Assembly (NCBI GenBank): GCA_965205025.1
Contig: CBDBFU010000014.1
Span: 160,001 to 224,000, forward strand
Origin: Candidatus Poribacteria bacterium
Lineage (GTDB): Bacteria > Poribacteria > WGA-4E > WGA-3G
Length of the DNA: 64,000 nucleotides
Direction: 5' to 3'
Shown: one piece after another, positions 9,907 through 20,403 of the stretch
How the letters are laid out: every line of letters begins with the position of its first letter
How positions within the stretch are numbered: position 1 is the first letter of the stretch
Made by a program: the position numbers and the translations under genes
The notes under the pieces: generated by a model
Databases searched by the model: none
Seen by the model: only the letters and a program-made list of their open reading frames with translations
What the model was told of the DNA's origin: nothing

Positions 9907-11100
9907 ATGGAACAACTTCCTGATGCAACTGGTCATTTCGGACAGTTCGGTGGTAGATATGTCCCTGAAACATTGATGCCAGCGTTATTAGAATTAGAAG
10001 AGGCATACACATCACTAAAGGACAATATTGAATTTCTGAAGGAATTTCAGTATTACCTAAGTGAATATGTCGGACGTCCGAATCCACTGTATTTTGCTGA
10101 ACGGCTCACGAATAATCTCGGGGGTGCCAAGATCTATTTAAAGCGTGAGGACTTAAACCATACTGGTGCCCATAAAATCAATAGTGCAATTGGACAAATC
10201 TTGTTAGCAAGATGGATGGGAAAGAGACGTATTATTGCTGAGACAGGAGCTGGACAACATGGTGTAGCCACAGCAACAGTTGCAGCAAAGTTTGATATGG
10301 AATGTGAAGTATATATGGGTGAGGAGGACATTGAAAGACAATCACTCAACGTATTTCGTATGCAACTGATGGGTACGAAGGTGGTTCCGGTAGATACAGG
10401 TTCTCGTACCTTGAAAGATGCAATCAATGCATGTTTCCGAGATTGGGTTACTAATGTCCGGACGACGTACATGTTACTTGGATCTGTAGTTGGAGCACAT
10501 CCTTATCCAATGATTGTAAGAGATTTTCAAGCTGTAATTGGAGATGAAGCAAGAACGCAGATATTAGAACAGACAGGTGAACTCCCTGACTGTGTGGTGG
10601 CTTGTGTTGGTGGAGGAAGTAATTCACTCGGGATGTTCTATCCATTTTATCATGATGAGTCTGTTGAACTCATAGGGGTTGAGGCTGCTGGTGAAAGTAT
10701 AAGCAGTGGAAGACATGCTGCCCCACTTACAGCAGGAACTGTTGGTGTATTTCATGGAGCAAAGTGTTATCTTCTACAGGAGGAAGATGGACAGATTACT
10801 CCAGCTCATTCAATTTCTGCAGGATTGGATTACCCTGGTGTTGGTCCTGAACATAGCTATTATCGGGAAACTGGAAGAGCAGAATATGTTCCAATTACTG
10901 ATAAACAGGCAGTTGAAGGTTTTCAACTATTATCTGAAACTGAAGGTATTATTCCCGCATTAGAATCTGCTCATGCCATTGCTTATATACGGGATCTCGC
11001 ACCAAAACTTGGAAAAGATAAGACTATTTTAGTTTGTCTCTCCGGTCGTGGTGATAAGGATGTGTATACGATTGCTAAAGAATTAGGGATAAGTTTGTAA
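9907..11100 (+). CDS. trpB: Tryptophan synthase beta chain
   Basis: [42 protein letters not shown] and LSGRGDKD motifs; GGAG RBS. Confidence 0.98.
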   Translation: MEQLPDATGHFGQFGGRYVPETLMPALLELEEAYTSLKDNIEFLKEFQYYLSEYVGRPNPLYFAERLTNNLGGAKIYLKREDLNHTGAHKINSAIGQILLARWMGKRRIIAETGAGQHGVATATVAAKFDMECEVYMGEEDIERQSLNVFRMQLMGTKVVPVDTGSRTLKDAINACFRDWVTNVRTTYMLLGSVVGAHPYPMIVRDFQAVIGDEARTQILEQTGELPDCVVACVGGGSNSLGMFYPFYHDESVELIGVEAAGESISSGRHAAPLTAGTVGVFHGAKCYLLQEEDGQITPAHSISAGLDYPGVGPEHSYYRETGRAEYVPITDKQAVEGFQLLSETEGIIPALESAHAIAYIRDLAPKLGKDKTILVCLSGRGDKDVYTIAKELGISL

Positions 11101-11179
11101 TTTGATCATTCAGTATCCGTTAACGTGTGTATGAGAATAAGTGTGGTATCCTAAAACATTACACACCCTCTTATTACCA

Positions 11180-11208
11180 TTGCAAGCGAAATTTGAAAGT
11201 GCTATAAT
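11180..11208 (+). promoter_or_regulatory. Putative sigma70 promoter
   Basis: TTGCAA-17nt-TATAAT with extended TG, upstream of the HEAT-repeat gene. Confidence 0.6.
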
Positions 11209-11239
11209 ACGGTATATTTCCAGTTAAGCAGGATGCATT

Positions 11240-11854
11240 ATGAAACCAGAAGCATCTCAATCGGTTTCAGAACAATCCTTATCCAAGAAGGTACGTAAGT
11301 TTATATACTTACTGTCTCATAAAGATGGACCAATTCGTAATTGGCGTTTTTTCCCAACGTATATACTCCTACGCAAATTGCGATCCGATTCAGCCGAAAT
11401 ACGAGCTTATGCCGCTGAAGGTTTAGGACCAATAGGTTATGCATCAGCAGTTGAGCCACTCATAAACGCATTATCAGATGATAATCCATCTGTACGTAGA
11501 TTTGCAATTTCATCACTTGGAAAAATAGGGGACTTACGTGCTGCTGATGTAATCATTCCTTTCCTACAGGATGATGAAGTGGATATGCGGTGTACAACTG
11601 TTGTAGCTTTAGGGGAGTTGGGACTTCATGATAAGAGAGAATTGCATTCATCTCAAAATGTGATAGATGCATTGATTAGAAGTGTTACCGATACGGATAG
11701 ATCCGTCTGTTCTGCAGCAGTCGTGGCTTTAGGTAGAATTGGTAACCCACAAGCTATATCAGCACTCAATGAGTTAGCAGAATCTACTGAGAGCGAATGG
11801 ATTCGTCGGTATATAAGTGAGGCATTACATCAAATTGATGAACAGAATAATTGA
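11240..11854 (+). CDS. HEAT/PBS-lyase repeat protein
   Basis: Repeated (V/I)R..A...LG.IG...AV..LI..L.D units. Confidence 0.88.
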   Translation: MKPEASQSVSEQSLSKKVRKFIYLLSHKDGPIRNWRFFPTYILLRKLRSDSAEIRAYAAEGLGPIGYASAVEPLINALSDDNPSVRRFAISSLGKIGDLRAADVIIPFLQDDEVDMRCTTVVALGELGLHDKRELHSSQNVIDALIRSVTDTDRSVCSAAVVALGRIGNPQAISALNELAESTESEWIRRYISEALHQIDEQNN

Positions 11855-12330
11855 AAATGAAAATACAGATCAAAAAAGGAAAAAAGCGCTACAAACATAA
11901 ACCTGATACACTCACATGTATTCGTGATGATGGAAGTGCAACATGGTCACATATTCATCATGGGTTTGCTCTTCACGATTTGACTCATTACGTAGTTGAA
12001 ACCACTCTGGGTCTCAATGATGCCTTTTTTGGTTTAGTTGCAAAAGGTTATAATATCCCTGAATTTAGTCTGCCTAAATCTGATCGTTCATTTAATATTC
12101 CTGACGAAGCGATCTCAGTTGAACCTATTGTTGCACTTCTTCAGATGGAACATTGGGACAGTTTTCCAGAGAAATTAATTAACAAAGATTCACCAGAATT
12201 ACCACCGCATGTAACCTCTGAACAGATAGATACTATGCGAAAAAGACTATATGAATTAGTTCAGAAATGGAAGGAACTGTTACCTGGTGAGTCTTTAGAA
12301 TTAGAGTATACTTATCAAAATGAACAGTAA
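11851..12330 (+). CDS. Hypothetical protein with an HDLxHY motif (possible metal site)
   Basis: 159-aa ORF coupled to the HEAT gene; LHDLTHYVVE..LGL..FFGLVA.G. Confidence 0.7.
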   Translation: MKMKIQIKKGKKRYKHKPDTLTCIRDDGSATWSHIHHGFALHDLTHYVVETTLGLNDAFFGLVAKGYNIPEFSLPKSDRSFNIPDEAISVEPIVALLQMEHWDSFPEKLINKDSPELPPHVTSEQIDTMRKRLYELVQKWKELLPGESLELEYTYQNEQ

Positions 12331-12600
12331 TTGTAATACTTGACTACGGTTATTTAGTTTTAAGAATTTCTTGTTAATGTGTGTTACTTAGAGTTTGTCT
12401 TGTAAGTTAGGTTGACTTCGCAAAACCCAACAGGAACGAAAGATGTCGGGTTTTGCTCCCCTTTACCTATAAGTGTAAACTTAAGGACTGAAACCCATCA
12501 TTTCCGTTGCTTAGCCAGTTCACAAGCTCCGTTTTGATGTGCTTACAGGTACTTTTACACACTTCCAACTGACCGATGGTATCACCGCTGGTCGTTCAGA

Positions 12601-13141
12601 GGAAAAACAGGTATCTATCGTACAACAGATAGTGGAAAAAAATGGCATAGTTTTAATCATGGTTTCAAGAATACTATTGTTCAAAAGTTAATCGTTTCAA
12701 ATAACAATCTATATGCAAGTACAAATGAAGATATATTTTGGTCAGTTGATGGCGGTGAAAATTGGAACGATCTCGCTGACAACCTACCATTTTCTGTTGA
12801 CTCATATAACTCTTTAGTCTTTGCAGGTAATACACTTTATGTAGCAACGAATAAGGGTGTGAACTGGTCAAGAAACAGGATTGTCTGGCAGACGGTAATA
12901 GGAACGGAAAATTCTGATCTCGTAATACAAAACCTTTCAGTTGATGGAACTACAGTATACGGTCAAGCCGATCAACAGATATATACATTGAAAAAAATGT
13001 AATAAATGGCAACCCATCACTGAAGATATCCCATACCAAGTATCCTCTATAGCAGCAAATAACAATACCTTATATGTAGCAACCCTCGGAGGTGGAGTTC
13101 TTCGTTATGAACTTAATTCTACCAAAAAATCCTCGAAATAG
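12601..13141 (+). pseudogene. 5'-truncated BNR/Asp-box beta-propeller gene fragment with a frameshift near 12995
   Basis: Not in the ORF track (no start codon). Translates GIYRTTDSGKKW...WSVDGGENW...NTLYVATNKGV, then after the shift NNNTLYVATLGGGVLRY. Confidence 0.75.
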
Positions 13142-13160
13142 ATGATTTATGAGATATGCT

Positions 13161-13682
13161 CTAACCAAACATAGACAATTGTCCACCTGTTATACGCTCA
13201 ATTATCTCTTCTTGTGTTTTCAGTTCAGTATTCTTATCTATATGAACAACAGGTAAATCCTCAGAAATCAGTGTTGCCCCAATCAGTTTACATCGATGGC
13301 AGTGTTCCGGTTTTCCCTCACTACACATAAGGGCAACACGCTGTTGCTGTGAAAAAGCAGAATGGATACGTGCAATCCCTTGCTGAAAGAATTCCGTCTG
13401 CTTAACCTTTTCATAATCAACCATACCATTCACATAGCACGATTCATCATCAGGTTTCCCACCAAGTAATTCACCCATAAACACATAACGTATACCGTGT
13501 TTCTGTACTTCATTCTCAAGTGGTTCCTTTGAAAATTCTTGCTTATATCCAGAATACGGAACAGAACGTACATCAATGAGGAACGCAATATGGAATTGTT
13601 TTAAAACTTCGATAAACTCTGTAATCGAACGGCTTCCATAACCGATGGTATAAATAGGAATAACGTCTTTAGTTGTATCCAT
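13161..13682 (-). CDS. DUF488 family protein
   Basis: IYTIGY, LIDVRSVPYS, LGGKP and ALMCSE..P..CHR motifs. Confidence 0.88.
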   Translation of the reverse strand: MDTTKDVIPIYTIGYGSRSITEFIEVLKQFHIAFLIDVRSVPYSGYKQEFSKEPLENEVQKHGIRYVFMGELLGGKPDDESCYVNGMVDYEKVKQTEFFQQGIARIHSAFSQQQRVALMCSEGKPEHCHRCKLIGATLISEDLPVVHIDKNTELKTQEEIIERITGGQLSMFG

Positions 13683-13766
13683 GATGATAGTATATTATCA
13701 CATATCATACTTATAGACAATCAACTAATAACGAATCCATGTATCTGACAGAAAATCCATAATTCC

Positions 13767-13795
13767 TTGCTATCCTACACTGTATTTGTTATATT
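13767..13795 (+). promoter_or_regulatory. Putative sigma70 promoter
   Basis: TTGCTA-17nt-TATATT with extended TG. Confidence 0.45.
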
Positions 13796-13842
13796 GTTAT
13801 AGTTATGAAAATTACAAATTGCCAATAAAATAATCTCATAAT

Positions 13843-15900
13843 ATGAAACATCCAATTTCAAAATTGATTCCCGTCCTAATCATACTCGTTGTATTCCTTC
13901 CAAATGCAATTTCCCAAGAAACCGAACCTGTTCCCGTTACTGGGATACATACACTAACCTTAAAAACTGTAAGATCTAAATCTGATAATCTACACGATGC
14001 CCCATGGAAATATCATCCTGGTGATAACCCCGATTGGGCTAAACCGGATTTTGACGACACCACTTGGAAATACCTTTCACCATTAATAACTCAAGATAAT
14101 TTAAAAAATAAAGAGTGGCAGGGAATTGGTTGGTTCAGACTTCACATCTCAGTTCCAGACGAAGAACTCTGGAACAAACCTTTAGCACTAATTGTATCCT
14201 ATCAAGCAGGGGCTTCTGAAATATATCTTGATGGTGAACTCATTTATTCATTCGGTAAAGTTGGAAATAAGAAAGAAGAAGAAGAACACTATTGGGAACG
14301 TGACCCACAAGGATTTAGTTTCTCAGCTAAAACCGACCACGTTATCGCTGTTCGATATTCGAATTACTCGTATAATCAATTTACCCCCGTACTTGGGTTT
14401 AGACTGAGACTTTCAGAGTTGAATGCCGCTATAAAATTTCGTACCATTTTACTTCGGGAACTTACGACAATACAGATGGTAATATCGGCGGTATTAGGTT
14501 TTTTAATGCTTCAACATCTGTTGTTATTTATCTTTTATCCGAAAGCAAAAGAAAACCTATATTTCTCTATATTGACAGGAAGCAGTGCTGCGATTGTATT
14601 TATTGCCCTTCAATTCTTCCTGATAGCGACAAGTGCACCAGAAATCATTACACTTGGTAGATTTTTCTTCATTGTTTCTGCAGTGATGTCTCTGTCATGC
14701 CTACTATTTCTCTACGCTCTTTTTTATTCAAAACTTCCAAAACTATTTTGGTTCTTTCTTATAGGTTGGATCGGAATTTTCATTTTAGGTTTGTTCTCAT
14801 TTGATCATTCTTCCTTAAGTTTAACAATTGACAACTCTCTTGTTTCTTTTTCACATGGGATGCTTCTCCCTGTTTTTTCAATAATTTCTGGGTTGACATT
14901 TTTAGAATTGGTAAGAATCATGATTGTGGCCGTCTTTAAACGAAAAGACGGGGCATGGATTTTTGGACTTGGTTCACTCTCTCCGTTTATACTACCTTTT
15001 ATATACGGTATAATAATCGCTCGGACGGGATGGGAATTGAATCAAACACTTGCCTCACTTCTATTCCTACTGGCACCGATCTTTTCTATGTCTGTTTACT
15101 TAGCACGAAACATTGCACGGACCAGTAGAAACCTTCAAAGAGAGACTATTGAACGGCAACATTTAGAGGTAGAAAATACACGTAAAACAGAGGAGTTGGA
15201 AGAAGCACGGAAACTACAATTATCTATGTTACCAGAAACCGCCCCTGAACTTCCTAACCTTGATGTAGAATTTAAAATGCATCCGGCAACTGAAGTCGGT
15301 GGCGATTATTATGACTATAATCTATCTGAAGATGGGAAGATCACTATTGCTATTGGAGATGCAACAGGACACGGGATGAATTCTGGATTAGTTGTGTCCG
15401 CAGTGAAATGTCTTTTCAAAACATCTGACCCAAATGATGGAAACTTAGAAACTCTGGAGCGAATGTCACAAGGTGTAAAAAGTATGAATCTGAAAAGACT
15501 CTACATGGCAATGACACTCGCTACATTCAAGGATAATATATTGACAATTACTGCAGCAGGTATGCCACCCACACTCATTTATAATGCTGAGGATGACAAG
15601 GTTGAAGAGATACTCCTTGAAGGGGCACCATTAGGTAGATTTGTTGGTGAAGACAGAGAAGAAGCAACATTTGAATTAGATACAGGTGACACTGTGCTGC
15701 TGATGAGTGATGGTCTACCGGAGATGTTAAACCCAAAAAATGAAATACTGGATTATCCAAGAACAAAAGAACTATTTTCCGAGATTGCCGATAAATCACC
15801 AAAAGCCATTATCAATCATCTGTATGATGCCTGCATATCCTGGGCAGAAGGAGAACAACAAACAGACGACATCACCCTTGTAGTCATAAAGGCAAAATAA
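13843..15900 (+). CDS. Membrane sensor PP2C/SpoIIE (RsbU-like) phosphatase with extracellular beta-sandwich and 7TM region
   Basis: Signal peptide, WKYHPGDNP..GWFR sugar-binding-like domain, 7 TM segments, VGGDYYD, GDATGHG, SDGL and DDIT motifs. Confidence 0.9.
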   Translation: MKHPISKLIPVLIILVVFLPNAISQETEPVPVTGIHTLTLKTVRSKSDNLHDAPWKYHPGDNPDWAKPDFDDTTWKYLSPLITQDNLKNKEWQGIGWFRLHISVPDEELWNKPLALIVSYQAGASEIYLDGELIYSFGKVGNKKEEEEHYWERDPQGFSFSAKTDHVIAVRYSNYSYNQFTPVLGFRLRLSELNAAIKFRTILLRELTTIQMVISAVLGFLMLQHLLLFIFYPKAKENLYFSILTGSSAAIVFIALQFFLIATSAPEIITLGRFFFIVSAVMSLSCLLFLYALFYSKLPKLFWFFLIGWIGIFILGLFSFDHSSLSLTIDNSLVSFSHGMLLPVFSIISGLTFLELVRIMIVAVFKRKDGAWIFGLGSLSPFILPFIYGIIIARTGWELNQTLASLLFLLAPIFSMSVYLARNIARTSRNLQRETIERQHLEVENTRKTEELEEARKLQLSMLPETAPELPNLDVEFKMHPATEVGGDYYDYNLSEDGKITIAIGDATGHGMNSGLVVSAVKCLFKTSDPNDGNLETLERMSQGVKSMNLKRLYMAMTLATFKDNILTITAAGMPPTLIYNAEDDKVEEILLEGAPLGRFVGEDREEATFELDTGDTVLLMSDGLPEMLNPKNEILDYPRTKELFSEIADKSPKAIINHLYDACISWAEGEQQTDDITLVVIKAK

Positions 15901-16018
15901 CGTGAGACTATACTATATGTCGTAATTAAACATATCTTGGTCTTGCTATTTATAGGTGAAATCTGTTATATTAAGGGACATGGTAGCCGAGAAATTGAAA
16001 AATCAAACCATAAATTTA

Positions 16019-16044
16019 GAACTTTTCTTGAAGATTTACGTCTA
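16019..16044 (+). promoter_or_regulatory. Putative ECF-sigma promoter (identical copy at 20276-20301)
   Basis: GAAC-16nt-CGTCTA, exactly conserved in both duplicated units while its flanks diverge. Confidence 0.45.
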
Positions 16045-16143
16045 TATACATGGGATTATTTTGAAATAAAAGCAATTAAAATGAAATTATGAATAGTGTA
16101 TTATTAAAAAATCTTTAGCAGCAGAAAATTACAGGAGAATATC

Positions 16144-19100
16144 ATGAATACAAGGGAAGGTTATACCGAACTACAATCTAAGATATTAGATGCACGACGT
16201 GTATGGAAACGAAGCCTCTTCTGGACAGGAGCCGCTATCGTACTAATTGGACTTCTTGCGATCCTTGTTGGAGAATCAATTGTAGATTGGTTGATGCCAC
16301 TCCCAAGTACTGTTCGGGTTGTAATGCTTGTAGGTATTGTTGTAGCAGTAATCTACCTACTATATAGACACATCATACAACCCTTGAAAGCTTCGTTAAC
16401 GTTGCGAGACGTAGCACTAAACGTTGAGGAGAAACATCCCAATCTTGAAGATAGACTTGTAAGTGCAGTTCAATTCGGATCACGCGAATCTGATGATCCC
16501 ATTGAATCTCATATGCTACAACGTCTCCTTGAAGATACTACTAATAAAATTAAAGGCATTGATTTTAAGGCTACAATCGACCACAGCCGGACTCGAAAAT
16601 ATGTTAGTATTGCAATCTTAGTAATTGCTGCATGCGGCTTACTCACTCTCCTATTTCCTACAGAGATACAGACCAGTTTAATGAGAGTATTGGTTCCATG
16701 GGAGAAAACAAAACCCATTTTATCTACGAAAGTCGCCGTTTCACCTGGAAATGCTCGTATTCTTATAGGAAAGAGTTTACCAATTGATGTGACTGTAACT
16801 GGGAAAACTACTGATAAAGCAATCTTAACATATTATAGCAAAGATAACCCACCCACTGCTGATAGTGAAGGAAGCAAAAAAGAGATAAATATGCTGCAGA
16901 ATCCTGATGATAAACGGGGTTTTGCCTATGAACTCTTCAATATCGAAGCAGAGATGGAATACTTTGTTACTGTCAATGAGACCACATCTGAACGATACAC
17001 GATTGAGGTATTTGAAATGCCAAGGGTGGAAGATATCTCTGTCGCATACACCTATCCTGAATATACTGGTCTCACCCCGGTTATTCAACAAGGAAGCGGA
17101 GATGTACAAGCTGTCGTCGGTTCAACAGCAGAAATTCGCATCACAGCTAATAAAGCAATTCAGAAGGCTACATTCACACATCAGACTTCAAAGACTGAAC
17201 CTATTATTGATGAGATTGATGAAGATAAAGAAATCACACCAGATTCTCCTGAAATGATTATCGCAGATGGCAACATACTTACGAAGACACTACAAGTTAC
17301 CGAGGATGGAAAATACAGTGTAGAACTGCTCTGTATTGATAACTTTAATAATGAAATTCCTATTGAATACAATATAAAAGCTAATCCAGATAACCCTCCA
17401 GAAGTGGTAATCAAAGAACCCGGACGCGATGTCAAAGCTTCAATACTCGAAGAGGTTAAAATCGTTACTGAAGCAACAGATGACTTTGGGGTTGAACAAC
17501 TAAAACTGATGTACCGAATAGGGGGTGGAGAATTACAGGAACTCCTTATGGAATCTCCTGTTGAACAACTATCTGAAGATAGTAATACGGGACCCGCAAA
17601 ACACTTTAAATCTGGTACATATACATTCTATTTGGAAGAATTTGATGTTGAACCGGGTGAAATAATTACATATTATGCACAGGCTATTGACAACAATACA
17701 CTAACTGGCCCCAGTGAAGGTAAGAGCGATATTTTTTTCATAGAGATTAAACCCTTTAATCAACGACTTTCAGAAGGTGAACCATCAGAAGACGGAATGC
17801 CAAACCCATTCCTTGAATTAATTGCTTCACAGAAACAAATTATACGTGAAACATGGAATCACATTAACTCACAACCACCCACCATGACAGAAGATTACAT
17901 ATCAGCAGTCAAAAAGACTGGAACGAAGCAATCAGAATTAAAAGATAGAACTCAGAAGGTTACAGATGAATTGAGCATGCAAATGCAAGAAGTACAAATC
18001 GATCCAGAAATAATGATGAACCTTGAAGAAGCTATTGATATGATGGGTGAGGCAACAAATCATCTAAATGACACACAACCCACTACTGCAATTCCACCTG
18101 AACAAGCCGCTCTTGAACTCCTTATAAAAGTCAATCTGGCATTTCCAAAAGTGCTTAGGCAAGCAAGGAATAGCCAACCCCAACTTGCTGAGAACTTTGA
18201 ACTGGAAATGGAAGATCTGCAGAATGAACTTGAGCAAAATCAGGAAGAACTCGAACGGGAGATGCAAGAACAGACACAGGAAATGTTAGACCAAGCCAGA
18301 GAAATGCTGGCACAACAACAGAATCTAAATCAACAGAGTCAACAAATGGGGAGAGAAAGTCAACCATCTCCAAGTGATATGCAGCAGAACAGTCAACAAC
18401 AAGGCGAGTTAGCACAACAGGCACAGCAGATGTCACAACAACTCGGTGAAATGCAAGGCAATGCTCAGGGCACACAGAGTGAACGTTTATCACAAGCAGG
18501 ACAAGCGATGGAGCAAGCCGGTGAACAGATGCAACAAGCATCACAAGGCATGGAACAGCAACAACCCCAGTTGAGTGCCGCAAAAGGTGAAAAAGCTGAA
18601 GAACGGCTCGAACAAGCCATCGATCAACTTGAAAGGGCTGCCGCTGAATTCACTGATAACGCATTAGAGAGAACAGCTGAACAACTACAACAGTTGACCG
18701 CTGAACAATCTGATGTTCAACAGCAAACACAAGAATTACGAGAAAGATCTCAGGAAACTGGGATGCGTCCAGAAGATTACAGACAAGCTTCTGAACTCGC
18801 AAATGAACAACGCCAACTCCAACGAGACTTAGAATCTGTTGAAGAGAATTTGAATAATCTATCAGAGCAACTCAACCAAGAGAATCCTGAGGCTGCACAG
18901 AATGTTCAGAACGCATCAAGGCGACTCTCTGAAGAACAAACTTCAGAAGATATGGGAACAGCTCAAAGAGCATTACAATGGCGAAGTCTACAATCTGCTG
19001 AATTAAATCAACAAGAAGCTCTTGATACTCTACGAGAAGCACAAAACGATCTGCAACAGGCAAGGTCTAACATGGCACGCAATGAAGAAGAGCAACTTGA

Positions 19101-19653
19101 AGCTACACTTGACCAACTCCAAAGTTTTGAAGAACAGATGCAGGATATTCAACGCGAACGGGAAGCGATGGAAGGACAAGAACAAACAGAGGAGCAACAA
19201 CAGCGAGAACAACAACTTGCTGAACAACAACAGCAACTCGAAGAGCGTATGCAACAAGCACAACAAGCTATGCAAAACGCACAGCAAGGTCAGCAGCCCG
19301 GACAAGAGGGACAGCAACCCGGTGAACAAGGGCAGCAACCCGGGCAGCAGGGTCAACAAGGACAACAACCCGGTGAAAATGACTTGGCAAGAAGTGGACC
19401 TGAATCCAATCGTGAGATTAAGGAACTCTGGTTAGATCTTCTTGATAGTGCACAGTATCGTGCCGGAAATCGTAAGAATCCGTTCCCAAATTATGAACTC
19501 GCAATACGAGACCTGAGAAAACTTGAGACCGCTATTGAAGAACGGCTTAACCTCCTACAAGAGATGAAACAGCTAACTCAAGTTGCTAAGGAAGATGTAC
19601 CACCAAAATACAGAAGACTTGTTGACAACTACTACGAATCTTTAGCAAAGTAG
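16144..19653 (+). CDS. DUF4175-like large membrane-anchored protein with Ig-like domains and Gln-rich coiled coil, copy 1
   Basis: Three N-terminal TM segments, DRLVSAVQF, YPEYTG, EATDDFGV, Q/E-rich tail, VPPKYRRLVDNYYESL. Confidence 0.8.
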   Translation: MNTREGYTELQSKILDARRVWKRSLFWTGAAIVLIGLLAILVGESIVDWLMPLPSTVRVVMLVGIVVAVIYLLYRHIIQPLKASLTLRDVALNVEEKHPNLEDRLVSAVQFGSRESDDPIESHMLQRLLEDTTNKIKGIDFKATIDHSRTRKYVSIAILVIAACGLLTLLFPTEIQTSLMRVLVPWEKTKPILSTKVAVSPGNARILIGKSLPIDVTVTGKTTDKAILTYYSKDNPPTADSEGSKKEINMLQNPDDKRGFAYELFNIEAEMEYFVTVNETTSERYTIEVFEMPRVEDISVAYTYPEYTGLTPVIQQGSGDVQAVVGSTAEIRITANKAIQKATFTHQTSKTEPIIDEIDEDKEITPDSPEMIIADGNILTKTLQVTEDGKYSVELLCIDNFNNEIPIEYNIKANPDNPPEVVIKEPGRDVKASILEEVKIVTEATDDFGVEQLKLMYRIGGGELQELLMESPVEQLSEDSNTGPAKHFKSGTYTFYLEEFDVEPGEIITYYAQAIDNNTLTGPSEGKSDIFFIEIKPFNQRLSEGEPSEDGMPNPFLELIASQKQIIRETWNHINSQPPTMTEDYISAVKKTGTKQSELKDRTQKVTDELSMQMQEVQIDPEIMMNLEEAIDMMGEATNHLNDTQPTTAIPPEQAALELLIKVNLAFPKVLRQARNSQPQLAENFELEMEDLQNELEQNQEELEREMQEQTQEMLDQAREMLAQQQNLNQQSQQMGRESQPSPSDMQQNSQQQGELAQQAQQMSQQLGEMQGNAQGTQSERLSQAGQAMEQAGEQMQQASQGMEQQQPQLSAAKGEKAEERLEQAIDQLERAAAEFTDNALERTAEQLQQLTAEQSDVQQQTQELRERSQETGMRPEDYRQASELANEQRQLQRDLESVEENLNNLSEQLNQENPEAAQNVQNASRRLSEEQTSEDMGTAQRALQWRSLQSAELNQQEALDTLREAQNDLQQARSNMARNEEEQLEATLDQLQSFEEQMQDIQREREAMEGQEQTEEQQQREQQLAEQQQQLEERMQQAQQAMQNAQQGQQPGQEGQQPGEQGQQPGQQGQQGQQPGENDLARSGPESNREIKELWLDLLDSAQYRAGNRKNPFPNYELAIRDLRKLETAIEERLNLLQEMKQLTQVAKEDVPPKYRRLVDNYYESLAK

Positions 19654-19681
19654 ATAGCAGCATTCTACTTAAGAAGAATTT

Positions 19682-19715
19682 GGGACAATATGGGAAAACC
19701 CAGTTGTCCCTTTCT
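19682..19715 (+). terminator. Intrinsic terminator (second copy at 23933-23966)
   Basis: GGGACAA..TGGG-AAAA-CCCA.TTGTCCC followed by TTTCTT. Confidence 0.7.
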
Positions 19716-19829
19716 TATACCAATTCTTATAATAGTCTCTTTAATGTACCATAAACTCCCAGTTTGGGCGGTATTTCAAGACATGCGTAACAACTATACA
19801 TGGAATAAACATTTATGGAAATGGTATCA
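19715..19829. mobile_element. Degenerate MITE family C
   Basis: TTA|TACCAATTC...TGGAAATGGTA|TCA with a GTACCATAAACTCCCAGTTTGG core; similar to the 29989 copy. Confidence 0.7.
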
Positions 19830-19857
19830 GATGAAACCAAAGTTGTATTCCGCTTAT

Positions 19858-20004
19858 ACTTAAGTTATGCAAATATTAACGCATGTGATTCACGGAGAAT
19901 TGGGGTTATTAAATTTATAAACCCTTATGGTGTAAGGGTTCGTAAAATTGCTCCGTGAAGGTTTCCGTGAAAGTGCAATCATCTCAAAACGATAAATATT
20001 AACA
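19858..20004 (+). repeat. Structured repeat family A, copy 2, at the duplication junction
   Basis: High similarity to 1926-2075 and 39199-39348. Confidence 0.9.
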
Positions 20005-20072
20005 ATGTTTTGCCAATCACACCCCAACTGTTGAAATGACTTGCTATTTATATGTGAAATCTGTTATATTAA

Positions 20073-20223
20073 CCTAAGTTGCTACCAACGGATTTTGATC
20101 GTTTCAACACAGTTTTTTAGACACCTGCCTCACTCCAAAGGGGTGATATGTCTATAGAAAAAGGTATATCAACATCCTGCACTCCAGCGGAGTGGTATGT
20201 AAGTAAATAGGTGGCAACTTGGG
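20073..20223. mobile_element. 151-bp MITE (family E) with a 9-bp TSD, inserted at the -10 box of copy 2
   Basis: TIR CCTAAGTTGCTACC/GGTGGCAACTTGGG; TTATATTAA at 20064-20072 and 20224-20232; empty site present once at ~15966-15974. Confidence 0.92.
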
Positions 20224-20403
20224 TTATATTAAGGGATATGACAACAGGGAAATTGAAAATCTAACCATAGATTTAGAACTTTTCTTGAAGATTTACGTCT
20301 ATATACATGGGATTATATTGAAATAAAAGCAATTAAAATAGAACAATTATGAATAGTGTATTATTAAAAGATCTTTAGCAGCAGAAAATTACAGGAGAAA
20401 ACA

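Noticed and set aside
9907-11100. trpB without adjacent trpA as a stand-alone TrpB2
   Set aside because: Length and motifs match ordinary TrpB1; scattered trp genes are common
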